64,000 nucleotides of DNA from Chara braunii (GCA_003427395.1 BFEA01000015.1:6509859-6573858), one strand, 5' to 3'; shown: positions 1 to 13,792, counted from the stretch's first letter. Made by a program: numbers and translations. Notes: generated from the letters alone by a model not told the origin.

Positions 1-1960
1 TCGTTTTTTTTTTTTTTAATTCGATTTATTTTTATTTTGGGGAAACTACGCGGGAGTCAGAAAAACGAGTTATAATTGCAGTATGGGCCAAGATACAGTT
101 TGCAATTGCAGCTGGGGCAATGTATACAAACCAACTTTTTGGCCAGGTAGGGTGCCCGAAGTGCAATTGCAAACTGTATCTTGCCCCATGCTGCAATAAT
201 GCAATTATAACTCATTTTTGTGACTCTACTGAAGTTACCCTTTTTATTTTTCATTACCGGGCGTTGGTTCCCCGACCCCCGTCCGATGCAGGGCGTTAAA
301 GGCCGCGTGGTGGTATTAACATGCTATTGCAACCCAATATGAGGAATGCACTTCTAAGTATGAGGAATGCAGTGGTATCACAGACAGTGTCTAATTGCCT
401 GGCCCCTTGGCCAAGATCTAACATATGCAACGTCAGGGCCACCACAACTTCTGGCCCTAGCCTGCCAAATCCAGAAGGCTGACCGTCCCCCACTTGAGAA
501 GACCTTTAACAAGCTTACTGTCTGGAACATGATACATGCTGCCCGAATGGTTGCGTCCCCGCGTAGAACGCGGTATAACAGTTAGTAAGAAGTGCACTCT
601 ACAGATTGGTGTGAAGTATGGTTAAAATGACCCTTTGTTTTTTTTATAAATGGAGGTGAAAAATGGGGGGTCGGTTAACCTTCTGTCACCCCTAGCGGGG
701 TCTATGACCAACACGGGTGTGAGTGTGAGTGTGAGTGGGTTGTGTGTGGTGTGTGGGAGAGTGTTGGCCATAGGCTCTACTGCTACTTGATGAAGGGTGG
801 GGGACGATGAGAAAGAGAGACACAACTATTGGCACGTCTTGATCTTTGTGTTCGCAGCCCGTCAGGGATGCGTTTCCCCCCCCTGAGACATTCAACGTTC
901 AACGTCAATTTCAACGTCGGTGGTCGTCGGGAGGGTGGGCATTTAAGGTTTTGGGGCCTTGCAAGGGCCAGGAACGCGTAGGACCGGTAGCTGCGAGTAG
1001 GAGGCCGAGGAGGCCGCAGTCCTTTTTCAAAATTGAAACGGTGCGGGTAGTCCCTTTTCGAAATTGAAACGGTGCAGGTCCTACACGTTGTATTCGAATA
1101 CAATCTGCACCCTTTCTATTCGGATTTCGAAAAGAAAAACCTCTTGTATTCCGATAAAATTACTTCTTCTTTTTGTTGGAGGTCAGCCCCTGCCCTTGTG
1201 CTCCCCGCCANNNNNNNNNNNNNNNNNNNNNNNNNNNNNNNNNNNNNNNNNNNNNNNNNNNNNNNNNNNNNNNNNNNNNNNNNNNNNNNNNNNNNNNNNN
1301 NNNNNNNNNNNNNNNNNNNNNNNNNNNNNNNNNNNNNNNNNNNNNNNNNNNNNNNNNNNNNNNNNNNNNNNNNNNNNNNNNNNNNNNNNNNNNNNNNNNN
1401 NNNNNNNNNNNNNNNNNNNNNNNNNNNNNNNNNNNNNNNNNNNNNNNNNNNNNNNNNNNNNNNNNNNNNNNNNNNNNNNNNNNNNNNNNNNNNNNNNNNN
1501 NNNNNNNNNNNNNNNNNNNNNNNNNNNNNNNNNNNNNNNNNNNNNNNNNNNNNNNNNNNNNNNNNNNNNNNNNNNNNNNNNNNNNNNNNNNNNNNNNNNN
1601 NNNNNNNNNNNNNNNNNNNNNNNNNNNNNNNNNNNNNNNNNNNNNNNNNNNNNNNNNNNNNNNNNNNNNNNNNNNNNNNNNNNNNNNNNNNNNNNNNNNN
1701 NNNNNNNNNNNNNNNNNNNNNNNNNNNNNNNNNNNNNNNNNNNNNNNNNNNNNNNNNNNNNNNNNNNNNNNNNNNNNNNNNNNNNNNNNNNNNNNNNNNN
1801 NNNNNNNNNNNNNNNNNNNNNNNNNNNNNNNNNNNNNNNNNNNNNNNNNNNNNNNNNNNNNNNNNNNNNNNNNNNNNNNNNNNNNNNNNNNNNNNNNNNN
1901 NNNNNNNNNNNNNNNNNNNNNNNNNNNNNNNNNNNNNNNNNNNNNNNNNNNNNNNNNNNN

Positions 1961-2029
<69 letters not shown>

Positions 2030-3685
2030 ACACACACACACACACACGCACACACGCACACACACACACACACTCACATACACATGCACATACATTCTCT
2101 TGTCTATTGATGGGGAGTGCCACCTGCTGGAAACTGGGTCCAGCGTCCCGTGAACATCGTGAATAAGGCATCAACCGGGACCCCACACACACACTCTCTT
2201 CGAGTTGTGTATAGCGAACATGACAAAACATACATACAACAGATTCACTACCTTACCCTTCCCGAACCACATAAACAAACGACCTACGGGCTGCGCACCC
2301 GTGCCCTCACGGTAAGTCAATTAGCCAGACCCCCACTGGCGGCCCCAACCCTATACCCTAACCCATTAGGGGCAAGGGGCAACATGAAATCTCCCCTTCA
2401 CAGAGAGAGGAAAACTATGCTTGCAGGGGTCCCCTCTAGATAGTCTTAGGTAGTGGAAGCTAAAAACAATACAGAAGTTGAGAGAAGAATATAGACAGTT
2501 GTGATCACCCCCGAAAAAAAAGGAAAAGTCCTGGGGCGGTAGCGAAGACGACTGGATTAAGCTCCCGAATCTGGACGTGTTCTAAGCAGAGATGCAGAAA
2601 CGCAGTTCAATGTCCATTTTGTGCACCTTGAGGGCTCCGCATGATGGGTTGATTCTCTAGGGGGCGTTGGGCCGGCCGTCGGACCCTGTCTCCGGTCGGT
2701 TTGCCTCATTTCGAGAGTTCCCCGTGCGTGTACGCTGTGGCGGGGGTGGGCGCCATGGCAGGGCGGACTGTCGGGTCAGTCTGGTTTGGTCAGGTTGTCG
2801 GGCAAGCCAGCGCTTTCGCCGATTTAGCAGTCCACACGACCTGGTGCACAGCGCGTGTGGCTCAACCCAAGGTGGGCTAGACTTAGCGCAATTCGTCCAT
2901 CCTGGGTGTCTGAGGGCCAAGCCTGTGGAAGACGTGTGTGTATTTGCTGTGTTTGACTGGAGGTGGGAGACGCATCCCTGATCCAGACGTTCCAGTGGCG
3001 AAGGAGGACTTTCCCTCCTTCGCGCTCATACCAAGTCTTGCTCTGTTCTCTCGCTTTCATTCAACAACGACCATGTTCGAGCGGGCTGTAGCAGTTGGTG
3101 GGTGGTAACGGCGAATTTCACCCCGCCCATGCTTCTTGTACACTGATGCTTCGCGGCGCCAGTCTGGCGTTGAGCTTACGAGAAGCTGCTGAGTACTACT
3201 AAGCACATCCCCCAATCCCTTGAAGTTGCCCTCCGCGACGCGCTTCCTTAGGAAGCAGAAAACGACGACGACGACGACGAGGAGGAGGAAGAAGGAAAGC
3301 CTGCGTGTTCGAGTGAAGTGATCAGTCAAGTGATCAGATTGCTCAACCCGTCCCATTCCCGCCATTTAGCGTCCGCCTGAAATACATTTAAGTAGTGGAA
3401 GAGGACCACAAGGAAGGGAAGGTATGGCTTGCTTGCCACTCACGTGAGAACAGTACAGGGAGAGGTTTCAAAGTGTTGTCCTGTCCAGGTTGTGAAGCAG
3501 CAGGCTGGTGGAAGGGGATCCCGATCGCAGTCGAACGAATGTCGCGACACTGGGAAGTGTAGGACGTGTGGAACGGTTTTACTTACCTTTTCTCAGCGAG
3601 GCTGTTTCTCTGGGCGCGCTTGAGCGTGTACCTGCCTGCCGGCGTGATCGTGCTGGAGGAGAGAGGTTGGGCTGCATACGCGAGT

Positions 3686-4196
3686 GCGGGAAAGGACCGG
3701 GGGGGAAATGGCGGGTTGGTTGTCTCGACGTTCATGCTTGGTGCTTGGAAGGACACTGACCTTTGGCGGGAATGTGTGACTGGGACGAGAATGAGGGATG
3801 CGGGAAAGCCGTTGGCGAGCGTGTTTGGCGGGAGAGGAGGCGGAGGCTCGCATTGCAGATGAGCTCTCAGTGAAAACGTTTAGTTGGCGGGCAAAGCAGG
3901 AAGGCGGGAAAACGGGAAGGCTACAATAGTCTTCTTGTTGGCGGGAGATAAAATATGACGAGGGTAACGATTTCACGCTGAAGGGAGGTAAGGAAGGCTT
4001 GGATTTTGGCGGGAAAATGCAAGCCGGGATGTAAATGAGCGGGAACGGTGGGGAGGGAATTAGCGTTCGGCAGGGCTTGAGTGCGCGGGAAGACGGAAAG
4101 AACCGTGGCGGGGTGCAAGTTAGCGGGGAGAACTAGGGCGGGCTTAAAGTTAGTGGGACTTTTCCAGATTGGTCCCGTAGGCCCGGAGCGGGAAAA
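3686..4196 (-). promoter_or_regulatory. Cluster of E2F-like motifs (TTTCCCGC and variants) upstream of the gene
   Basis: About 10 same-orientation GCGGGA(A/G) motifs on the + strand, including TTTTGGCGGGAAAA at 4004-4017. Confidence 0.4.
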
Positions 4197-4261
4197 GACG
4201 AGAAGGCAAAGGCAAGGCAAGGCGGGCTCAGGGAACACGCTGTTCGCGAGAGAGTAGTCGC

Positions 4262-4292
<31 letters not shown>

Positions 4293-4425
4293 CTAACAAG
4301 TGGGCGATTTCGGTTGTCCTTTTAGAGAGAGGAGGAGAAAAAGTTGTTGCTCGGAGGATTGAAGATGTGAATAGATTTGTTGCGGTGGCGGGTAGAAAGG
4401 TTTGATGGGTGGGATGCGTGGGAGG

Positions 4426-4645
4426 AAGCAGGGATAGATAGATAGATAGATGTCAGCAAAGCTTTTGTAAGACAAGGTTGATGGGATGGGGTGGGAGAAA
4501 GAAGGCGGCGCGCAGTGAAGCAGGCGATCCTAGGTCATAAGCAGGGATAGATAAGGTGTCAGCAAAGCTTTTGCAAGACGAGGTTGATGGAATGGGGTGG
4601 GAGAAAGAAAGGCGGCGCGCAGTGAAGTAGGCGATCCTAGGTCAT
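4426..4645. repeat. Tandem duplication, about 110 bp x2
   Basis: aagcagggatagata...ggcgatcctaggtcat occurs twice. Confidence 0.85.
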
Positions 4646-4905
4646 TTCTGGAAGAGTCGATTGCTTTGTGGAAATGAAGGCAGAGAAGCGCTTTCGACCG
4701 TTGCACTTACACAGTGTATGATAGTGCTTGTGTGCGGGGTGGCTGGTTGATTGATGAGAAGGCGATCGACCCCCTGACTAACAAGAAGGCGGATTATCAG
4801 GANNNNNNNNNNNNNNNNNNNNNNNNNNNNNNNNNNNNNNNNNNNNNNNNNNNNNNNNNNNNNNNNNNNNNNNNNNNNNNNNNNNNNNNNNNNNNNNNNN
4901 NNNNA

Positions 4906-5517
4906 GGGAATGAGCAGAAGGCGACAGCTGGTGGCGGGGGAACGGGGTCGGCGGCGATGACGTCTAGTAATTCGGTGGCGGTGGCTGGTGGGCTGACGAT
5001 GACGACGGCGACGGCGACGACCACAAGCGGTGCAGGGACAACAACCGCAGCGCCGGTGACGTTCAAGTTCGCGGCAACGAAATCGCCGGTCAGCTTCGTC
5101 ATTCCCAAGAACAAACTGTCAGGCGCTATGGTACCGAGTGCGGCGGCAGCGGCGGCCGCGGCGGCCGCCGCCGCGACGGCGGCTGCGAAGGCGGAGGCGG
5201 CGGCGGAGGCGAAAGGCGCCGCTACGACTGGCGCAACCGCAGCAGCCGGGGCGGCGGCGGGTGGGGCGACCTCAGCTTCAGCTTCATCGGGGGCGGCGAC
5301 GGCGTCCCCCGCCGCCGCTAGTGCCGCCGCTGCCGGCGCTGCGGTTTCCCCGGCGGCGGTAGCGTTACCTTCTCCGGCGGCGCCATCGCTGCAACCGCCC
5401 GCCGCCGCTTCTTTGCACGAAACTTCGACGAAAAAACCCCTGCCGCGGAAAACCAAGTGGGGACAGGATTTGACCCAAGATCCCGTCGTCAAGAGAGGCC
5501 GAGCGCTTGCGTTACAG
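4906..5517 (+). CDS. SF1/BBP-like KH-domain RNA-binding protein, exon 1 (5' end lost in the N gap; in-frame ATG at 4957)
   Basis: Open frame with FVIPKNKLSGAMVP, an Ala-rich tract and RKTKWGQDLTQDPVVKRGRALALQ (ULM-like RK..KW). Ends CAG|GTGTGC at 5517/5518, phase 0. Confidence 0.88.
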
Positions 5518-6348
5518 GTGTGCTGTCCTTCTCCTCCCCCTCCTCCTCCTCCTCCTCCTCCTTCTCCTCCTCTTCTTGCCCCTCTTCCTCCTCCTCCCGT
5601 TGTCCAGATCCCTCCCCCAATTGAATTGACTATTGAACTGACTGTCTCCTCGATGCCGATCCTCCATTGGAGATGTGGTCGGATCGTTTGTCTTGCGAGG
5701 GCAAAATGTACACCTTGCGTCGTCTGGTTTGATTGCTATCTCGGTGCCGTACATCTTGCAATCAAACCAATTGGAGCTAGCAATCAAACCAGACGACGCA
5801 AGATGTACATGTATGTAGTCACGCTGTCTAACCAGATGACGCAAGATGTACGGATCGTTTGTCTTGCGAGGGCAAAATGATAGGTACATGTTTCAGGACG
5901 CACTGCGTTGAAAGGTACATGTTGCAGCATGGAGTCGTAACGTCCGGGCATCGTTGAAAAAATATATGGATGGATGAGCGGAAGGTAATAAGGGATGCGA
6001 ATGGGCGGGGATGGGTGAAAGAGGGTGTATGGTCATGGTTGGCCTGGTTACATTTGCCTCGCCGTTCAGTGTGCTTCGGAAGGGTTAGTTTTTAATTACA
6101 ATTGCTCACAGCTCGTCGGATGGACGAATATTTTGGAGGATCAAGCGATTACGTGTCGAATGGGATCAAGAGATTGCGTGCCTCCAGCTGGCGAACTAAT
6201 TAACCGATGATGATGGTGGTGATGATGATGACCTAGCTGAACGATGAATGTATTGTTAGTGTAATGCAGCGATAACAACTTATGGAACGGTTGGCTCAGG
6301 AGCGATATAGATACTATGTATGTATGATATGAGGGTATGATATATGAT

Positions 6349-6810
6349 GAGGGTTCGGCCTCCTGATGAGTCTGTATGGAACTCCGACGAAGAAGCAGCC
6401 TGTCACAGCCGCTCGTTTGTTGCCCTCGTCGCTCCCTCTCTGTCTACGGTTCACCGGGCAGTTCTCTATGGCGATATAGATATATTTGACGATATATATA
6501 TATATATCTGATTCACAATGTGACGATATATATATATACGATATATATATATATATGATTTTCGTCACAGGTACCTTGAGGGCAGTGGTTGGTGGTCCCC
6601 ACCACCTCAGAGGGGTATCAGTTGTCGGGTAGTTGTTGATGGTTAACCACAACCGCGGACGGGGGTTAAGGTGGATTATCACTTACAGTGTAATCGGTTC
6701 GGGGATTCTGCAGACTGTTGAGGGTTCAGCCTCCTCCTGATGAGTCGGTCGGTGAAACTCCGACGAAGCCCCTCGTTTGTTGTCCTCTTCTCCCTCTCTG
6801 CCTACGGTTT
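6349..6810. repeat. Direct repeats of about 90-100 bp flanking an AT-dinucleotide-rich spacer
   Basis: gagggttc.gcctcctgatgagtc...actccgacgaag...ctcgtttgttg...ctccctctctg.ctacggtt at about 6349 and 6720. Confidence 0.75.
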
Positions 6811-7609
6811 TTTTTTTTGTGCATATATTTGTGTATTTCTATTCATGTTTATGTATGTTGAAGCACCTGTTGCCTGCGATCATCCGAGAAAATCATTTTC
6901 GTAACGAATTGAAGTACTGGACGATAACGAACTGGAGCACACGTCAGGAGTTTCTTCAATGAATGTGAGCGCATTCTCAGTCAAATGCAGTCGAGAAAGG
7001 ACTACTAATTTGAGTCTCCACTTGATAGTGATGGGAGCTTGTGAATGCGACACAGTAGGGGGGACCGAGCGGATTCGGGAAGGAGAACGGGAATACTTGT
7101 CAGCTTTATTTTATTACATAAATAAAGAAAGATTGCCTTGCAGACGATCGTCGGGTGATACATGTGTTTCCCGTTTTCTTTAAACGTTTTTTTTTGTTGG
7201 TTTTCTTCTTTCGATTCGTTTTACCGTTACTTTTCGTGTCCGTTTAAGGAGGAAAGCCAGCTCACCCTACTTCCTGACTACCGCCGATTAGGGCTGTGGA
7301 GGCAACATGCATCCTCTCTTGATTGTGACAGGTACCTATGCTTGCAGGGGTCCCCTGGAAAAATGCTCATGGGAAGTAGGGTGAGTGGAAACATGCATCC
7401 TCTCTTAGGAGTGGAGGCTGGTAGGTGGAAAGCCACATCTACGGAGATCGACAAGTATTTCTCGTTGTTCCTGGAAAAATGCTCTCTCAGCTTCTCAAAA
7501 CCAAGCTCGGAGGACTAGTCAGTCTTGTAATCGGTGGCCAGCCATTATATGGTTTTCCTTGTTTTTCTCTAGAGTTGGAGCAAAGACGGGGTTCCTCGTA
7601 TGTCTACAA

Positions 7610-7640
<31 letters not shown>

Positions 7641-7764
7641 AGGAAGTGTCTACAATTAGGAGTAGTGGTAGGTAGGTAGTGTGAGGTGAAATTGAGAGAA
7701 GAATATAGCTTTAAAAAAAAAAAAAAAAGGGTTGAACAGAAAAAGAAGGGGGGGGGGTTGCCAA

Positions 7765-7832
7765 CTGGCCTAACTCAGTTGGTACATCCTTGGCCTGCCT
7801 GTTGAAACACAGACCTGAGTTCGGACTCCAGT
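7765..7832 (+). mobile_element. tRNA-derived SINE-like head
   Basis: A-box-like TAACTCAGTTGG (7771-7782) and B-box-like GAGTTCGGACTCC (7817-7829). The related cagacctga.ttcg motif recurs near 19870 (-), 20160, 38600 and 38820. Confidence 0.5.
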
Positions 7833-7848
7833 GAAAGCACATGGAAAA

Positions 7849-8006
7849 GCTACGACTACCTCCTTCTCCCGAATAGATTGCCGGGTCACCCACATGGTCA
7901 CCCTCAACTCTTGGATCTGTTTGGTAATAGTTTCATGTGTTGTATCATTCACCCACATGGGCTGGGTGACCCGGCGTTCTATTCGGGAGAAGGAGGTAGT
8001 CGTAGC
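7849..8006. mobile_element. MITE with 44-bp terminal inverted repeats
   Basis: gctacgactacctccttctcccgaataga..gccgggtcaccca and its near-perfect reverse complement; core related to the CCGTCTTCACCCGAATA family. Confidence 0.85.
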
Positions 8007-11000
8007 CATACTGCACAGCCCATGAGATCCTTGTTTGTTTCCCAACGCAAAGGAAAGAAACATTTTTGACTCCCCTGCTTTTCTTCCCTCCTTAACACTT
8101 CTCTCTCTCTCTCTCTCTCTTTCTGTTTCCTTTGGCTATTCCGCACGTCTTTCCTGTCAATGCCACATCGGTCCTTGATGCTCTCCTCTGGAGTCTGAAA
8201 AGGTTTCATGGTCGCGGGTTCAAGTCCGTCAGCCGGTTCAGCGTCCTTCACTCCATCCGTCTATTTCTTTCCCTCTCTCAATTGAATGCAAAATGATGGG
8301 TTAAAGTACCTTTTTTTGTTTTCGATTAAAGCGTTAGTTTCGTTTGGCGATGTTGTCGTTGCGTATTTGCTAAGTCGATAAATCAGCAAAAGAATCAGAG
8401 GTCTATCGAAGATTTTGCTGTTTTCTGTAAAATTGGATCCTTCTATCCATCATGAATCGATCGTCCATGTCATCCATTCATTCACGGATGCCATCCATCC
8501 ATCCATCCATCCATCCATCCATCCATCCATCGGTCGGTCCTCTCTGGGATGCATAAGTCCACCATGTTCTCATTGCGCTTATCAAATCTGTTAGGGTTGT
8601 TCGTGTCTATCTACCGTTTAAAAATGTCATCATTTCATCCACCCATGTCATGCCATCCATCCATCCATCCATCCATCCATCTATCGGTCATGCATAAGTC
8701 CACCATATTCTGCTGCGCTTATCGAATCTGTTAGGGTTTGTTCATGTAAATCAACCGTTGGAACTTACCGAATCCATTCACGACTTTGATATCATTTATT
8801 CGACGAAAATTGAAATCATTTACGCCAAGAAAATTGATCCCCATGTAAATCGACCTCATGTGAACCCAACCCCAAGTAAGTCGGTTTCCATCCCCGAGTA
8901 AATCGACCCCAAACCATTACTCGGAGTTGACCCCCAAGTACTGGAAATTGACCCCTAGTAATCGATTCCCCAGTTAAATCCATGTTCAATTAAATCGATA
9001 CCCATCTAAATCGACCCCTGACCGGGTCCTCATCGAAATCGGTCCCCAATTAAAATCGGTCTCCAAGTGCGATCCCCAAGTAAATCACCTTCACATTGCC
9101 ACCACATTGCGTGCATGCGTGTAATAGAGAGTTTGAGCGACTGTGTCACAACCGCGGTCTCGTGCTTTGCTGTGTCTGACACCTTGGTGAGAGCCCTTTC
9201 CTTGTTGGGGTGAAAACAAGCGAAGTGCTTCTGACAGCCATTATGTTTGCAGAACCACTTTTTTAGCAGAATCTGGCTCTAATCGTCGCTATGTGAGTCC
9301 CGTGAAGTTCTCGAGGGAGAGGCGAAGAGATAGGGTGCAAAGGGAGGAGACCGGAAGAGAGTTGAAGGGAGGCAGAGAAGCTAGGAAGGGAGTTGAACGG
9401 ACGGAGGAGGGAGGTGCCAGGGGAGGAAAAAGAAGGCAGAGAGGGTAAGCGGTTGGGAACGAGGGAGAAAACACGTGGTGGACAGTAGCGGAATGATGGG
9501 GAGGGCTGAAAGGAGAAGGAAAATTGGAAAGGAGGGGAAGGAAGGAGGCAAAGCGAGGATGGTAAAGATGAACGACGGAGGGAAGCTGTGCAAGAGAGAG
9601 AGAGAGAGGTAGAGAGAGAGAGAGAGAGAGGGGTATTATGTTGTCTATCCTGGTTTGCAAAGAGGGACGGAAAACAGCTGTGGGCATGAGAGGGAGGAAA
9701 GGAGGGCCGTACTATTGGAGGAACGGGTGACTTATAAGTACGTCAGTAATCAACGTAAATACAGAGAAGACGTTGCTTCATGCCTTGCCACGTCTGGTCT
9801 GGTATCCCACCTACACCTTGCGTTCACGAACTCCCCGTTCAACTGCATCTCGGAGACACGGTCGGAGATCTTCCAAGGACTGGCTAAATCCAGTGATCTC
9901 TTTTCACGACAGGCTATGGTCCCCGGAATAAACGACACGATGACTAGGCATGACGTGTTGTTGAAAGGGAGGTGGGGTTTGTTGAGAAGGTGGATGGAGA
10001 AGGGAGGCTGGAATTTGCAGGAAGGTAGAGAGGGGGGACGGAAAGGAGCGGGAAAGACACTGGCAATGACATCCTCGTCAGTCTTCCTTGCCCTGGGATT
10101 CGGTACTCGTAGGCCGCTGAAGTTCTTCAAGGTCATTTGTACATGTAAAGCAAGGTTTCACACAAATTACTAAATCAGGTAAAATCGAAGTCACCGACAG
10201 CAATCGGATAGAAATAGAAAAAAAGGGAAAAAGAGAATAATCGGATAGAAAGAGAAAAAAAGGGAAAAAGAGAATATACGTTCTTTGGTGGGGGGGGCAG
10301 TATTCGAATGTTATGTTCATTTTCACTGTTGGTAATCAGGGCATGCGGTTGGATTCTGACTTCTCCTAACGAAAAGAAAGGCGAAGGAAGATAAAAACAG
10401 TGTTGGTGTCGTTCTTGCAACTGACTGAGTGGGCAGAGAGCGGGCTTTGGGCGCGAACCCCCTGCCATCCCTGCCATCTTTGTTGCAAAAAAAAAAAAAA
10501 AAGAAAAGAAAAAAAAGGTGGGGCTGTAGGTGAAGAGTGGGTTCGAGTGGCTGCGGGGTTATCTCTTAAGAGAGAAGCCAGGGGTGTGTGGACATGCTAC
10601 GCGTCTTTCCACAAATGAAAGTGATAAGCCACGGATATGCGGACGTGCTACCCGTCTTTCCACAAATGAAGACCGTGCACATCGGTATGGCTGGAGTTTA
10701 CTGAAAGGGAATACGTGGCTACACCGTCCATGAGGAGGAGGTAAGGGGGGGATAAGTTGCGTCTAGGGCACACAGTTTCACGGCGTACTGCCCGTATATG
10801 TGCGGACGATTCGGAAGACGGTTGGCAATGGCGAGGGAGGATTGCGATCCAGGTTGATCTAATCAGGATGTAGTGTCTGTTCTAATCGACTCGAATATCG
10901 GATCGGTCGTGGCCGATCCGATCACGTGGAAGCAAATTAATTGTGTTTGGGCTGACAGAGGTGTCATATGGTGTACGGGTATGCGTCCCTTTTTTATTCC

Positions 11001-11196
11001 TCTGCTGTGCCTCTGCTTTCCACTGCTGGAAAGCGCGGCGTAGCCCGTATGAAAAAAAACAAAAAACAAAAAGATTTTGACAAGATGTTCAACGAAGTTC
11101 CGATGGTTTTGCCTACCGCCGGGAGTTGGGTGGTGTTGCGCACGGAACGGCGCGATAGACGATGGTGTGTTTGTCTCTGTGCGCGTGTGTTTGGGG

Positions 11197-11251
<55 letters not shown>

Positions 11252-11626
11252 GGCTTCGCGGTTGACTTATCTGGGGGGGCGGTGAGAGAATGTGAACAGT
11301 GCAGCCGGGAGCGGTTATGANTTATCTGGGGGGGTGGTGAGAGAATGTGAACAGTGCAGCCGGGAGCGGTTATGATAGCGCGGTCACGGCTGGCGCTAAC
11401 GCAATCCATGTGATCTACTCGAGGAGTGATTGTGGGGTTCAGCAACAACGAACTCGTAATGGCATATGGGAGAGTCTGTGTGTGTGTGTGTGTGTGTGTG
11501 TGAGGGAGAGAGAGAAAGAGAGAGAGAGAGAGAGGCATTAGGGTCGAAAGTGGGATACGTAGTTTGATGTAGGCGAAAGCTTAGTAGCATATGGGACAGT
11601 CTGTGTGTGTGNNNNNNNNNNNNNNN

Positions 11627-11671
<45 letters not shown>

Positions 11672-13792
11672 CATTAGGGTCGAAAGTGGGATACGTAGTT
11701 TGATGTAGGCGAAAGCTTAGTGGCAATCATGGGACAGATGATGAGCAGGAAGATACGTGATCAAGCTGATTGCTTGGCTAGGAGCATCATACTCGGGGTG
11801 AATAGGTTAATTAGAAGACGGTTGATTGCAGCAAGAACAATATCGTGAGTGTAAACGAGTGGCAAGGGGTCTCCGCTGCAAAGAGCAGCTTGTAGGGTTC
11901 ATTGGTACTGTAGGGTTCATTGGTACCAACTAATGCAGCACATGGGTAATAATTTGAAACGGAGAAACACCAGCGGAGGGTCTCTTCATGGCTTGGTTGC
12001 TTTGTCATCTTTTTAACAAATGAGGTTGTGCCAGTACGACATACCTTTTTCTTTTTTTTTGTGAATTTTGCGTACCCTTCCATGAGATCCTGCATGTTCC
12101 CTCGTTGGAGGCTTGAGCACGGATGTGGATGCTACGAGGTTCCCCGTAATACTATCATGACAAAAAAAAAAGGCCTGAAAGGCCGTCCTGTCCAGATTTG
12201 ACAGGTAATTGAATTTGTTGGGCTTAAAGAATTAGCCTTTTAACAAAAAAAATAAATAAATAAATAAAAAATTGCCAGGGCTCTGTGAGTGGTTCTCTGT
12301 GCGAAGAATGCCCGAGTCTGACCAACTTTATTGCCAAGAAGATCATGCTATCTAGGTACACACATTATTCCAACCTGACCTCTGATCCTTAGGGCCAGCT
12401 TTCAGAGGTTCTATGTATATGTGCCTACAAGGCATGAACCTCAGCGATGGAAATGGCCAGGTACATAGTTTCTGCCCACAAAAACAGCGGCAATGGGAGC
12501 CTAAAGATCTTCAGGCTCCAAGTGGTCTCGCCAGTCGGGCAACTTCATGGGCACAAAAACAGCGGCAATGGGAGCTTAGCTTTCGAAACGGAGTGCAGAG
12601 CGACCAGGATCTAGCTTCAAAGCGGAATGCATAGTCGAGCTTCTACGTGGAATGTAGTGTGACCACGGTCTGAAAGCCAAGTCGCAATTACAATGCTCAC
12701 GATAGGACTGCTCCTTGCTAACTTAGTGGGTCATTGGTGAGCCAATGGGACAGAACCTGTCCCTTCTAGCTTACCATGGGACACGGCAACTTAGTATAGA
12801 ACAGCACGGGTGTGGCTGGATGCAAGCAGGACAGAGCGGCAAAGGGCATGCTTATACTAAGGGCATCCTTCCAACTTAGCGTAGAAGAGTGCAGGCGTGG
12901 CTGGACGCAAACTGTATGGAAGGACTAAGGGCGTACTCATTCTTAAGTGTATGCTTTCGTGGATGCATTTAGCCGGTTTAACGGTCCGATTTACAAGTCC
13001 AGAAGGTGTTAGTGTATGTATGTATGCCCCAGGCAACGTTTTTTTTTTCCTGCCCTCCCCCCTCCCCGCCCGCTGGCGGGCCCAATTTCCTGCCTATTGG
13101 GACGTCCCCGGCTACCTCCTCCTTTCATGGTGTATGCGCCGGGTGGTAAGGGCTCCTCGCTTCACTTCATCCTTGACCTTTTGTCCCAGATGTCGTTGTC
13201 TTCAAATGTTCGTCTCTGGGTAATGGAGGGGCTTTGCTCAGAGGGCGCATTTGCACTGCTGCGACTTTCCAGGATGTGTCTGGCAGGAAGGATACCATAT
13301 GCTCGTCAGAATAGGTCTTCTCTGTGCGGTCAACTGAACTGTCTTTCCGCCAACGGACCGCGTGTATGTGCAGTGTCGCAATCTTCAAGGCGACTGCCAT
13401 TTTAACCAATACAGAGCAATGCCACACGTGTTCTGAGGGAGAAGAGGATGATGGGCATCGATCACCAGTGTCAGCTCCACATGCAACCAAATAGAGCGCA
13501 AGGATGACATGCACAATTTGCGAAATGGTCGAAATTATTTAAAAAAGAAAAACAGAAAAAACGAAAAAACAGATCGCATGACCAGTGTGGCAACTGATCG
13601 ATGGTCCATGTGTTCCGTGCAGTGAAACACACCGCCAGCGGTCCATCACGAGCGTCGTTTTCTGTACTTCTCTCTCTCTCCGCCTCTTTTTCTCAGAGAG
13701 GAAAGGCCTCGATCCCCCAAGTGGCGAATGTATCTTTCTCTAGAATGCAGCAAGAATTTAGGATGCATTCCAGCCATTTTCACAATTGGCTA

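Noticed and set aside
1064-2231. Long ORFs spanning N gaps (also at 18.1-18.8, 20.2-21.1 and 28.1-28.7 kb)
   Set aside because: They stay open only because of Ns and dinucleotide repeats.
2657-3365. Divergent protein-coding gene upstream on the minus strand
   Set aside because: Short ORFs with no recognisable domain or consistent splice structure.
5518-5880. Poly-Pro continuation of ORF 4714..5880
   Set aside because: It lies past the donor at 5518; homology resumes in exon 2 (ALQ|TRIEQI), so the (CCT)n tract is intronic.
7765-7832. tRNA gene
   Set aside because: A and B boxes are present but there is no convincing cloverleaf; dispersed diverged copies suggest a SINE.
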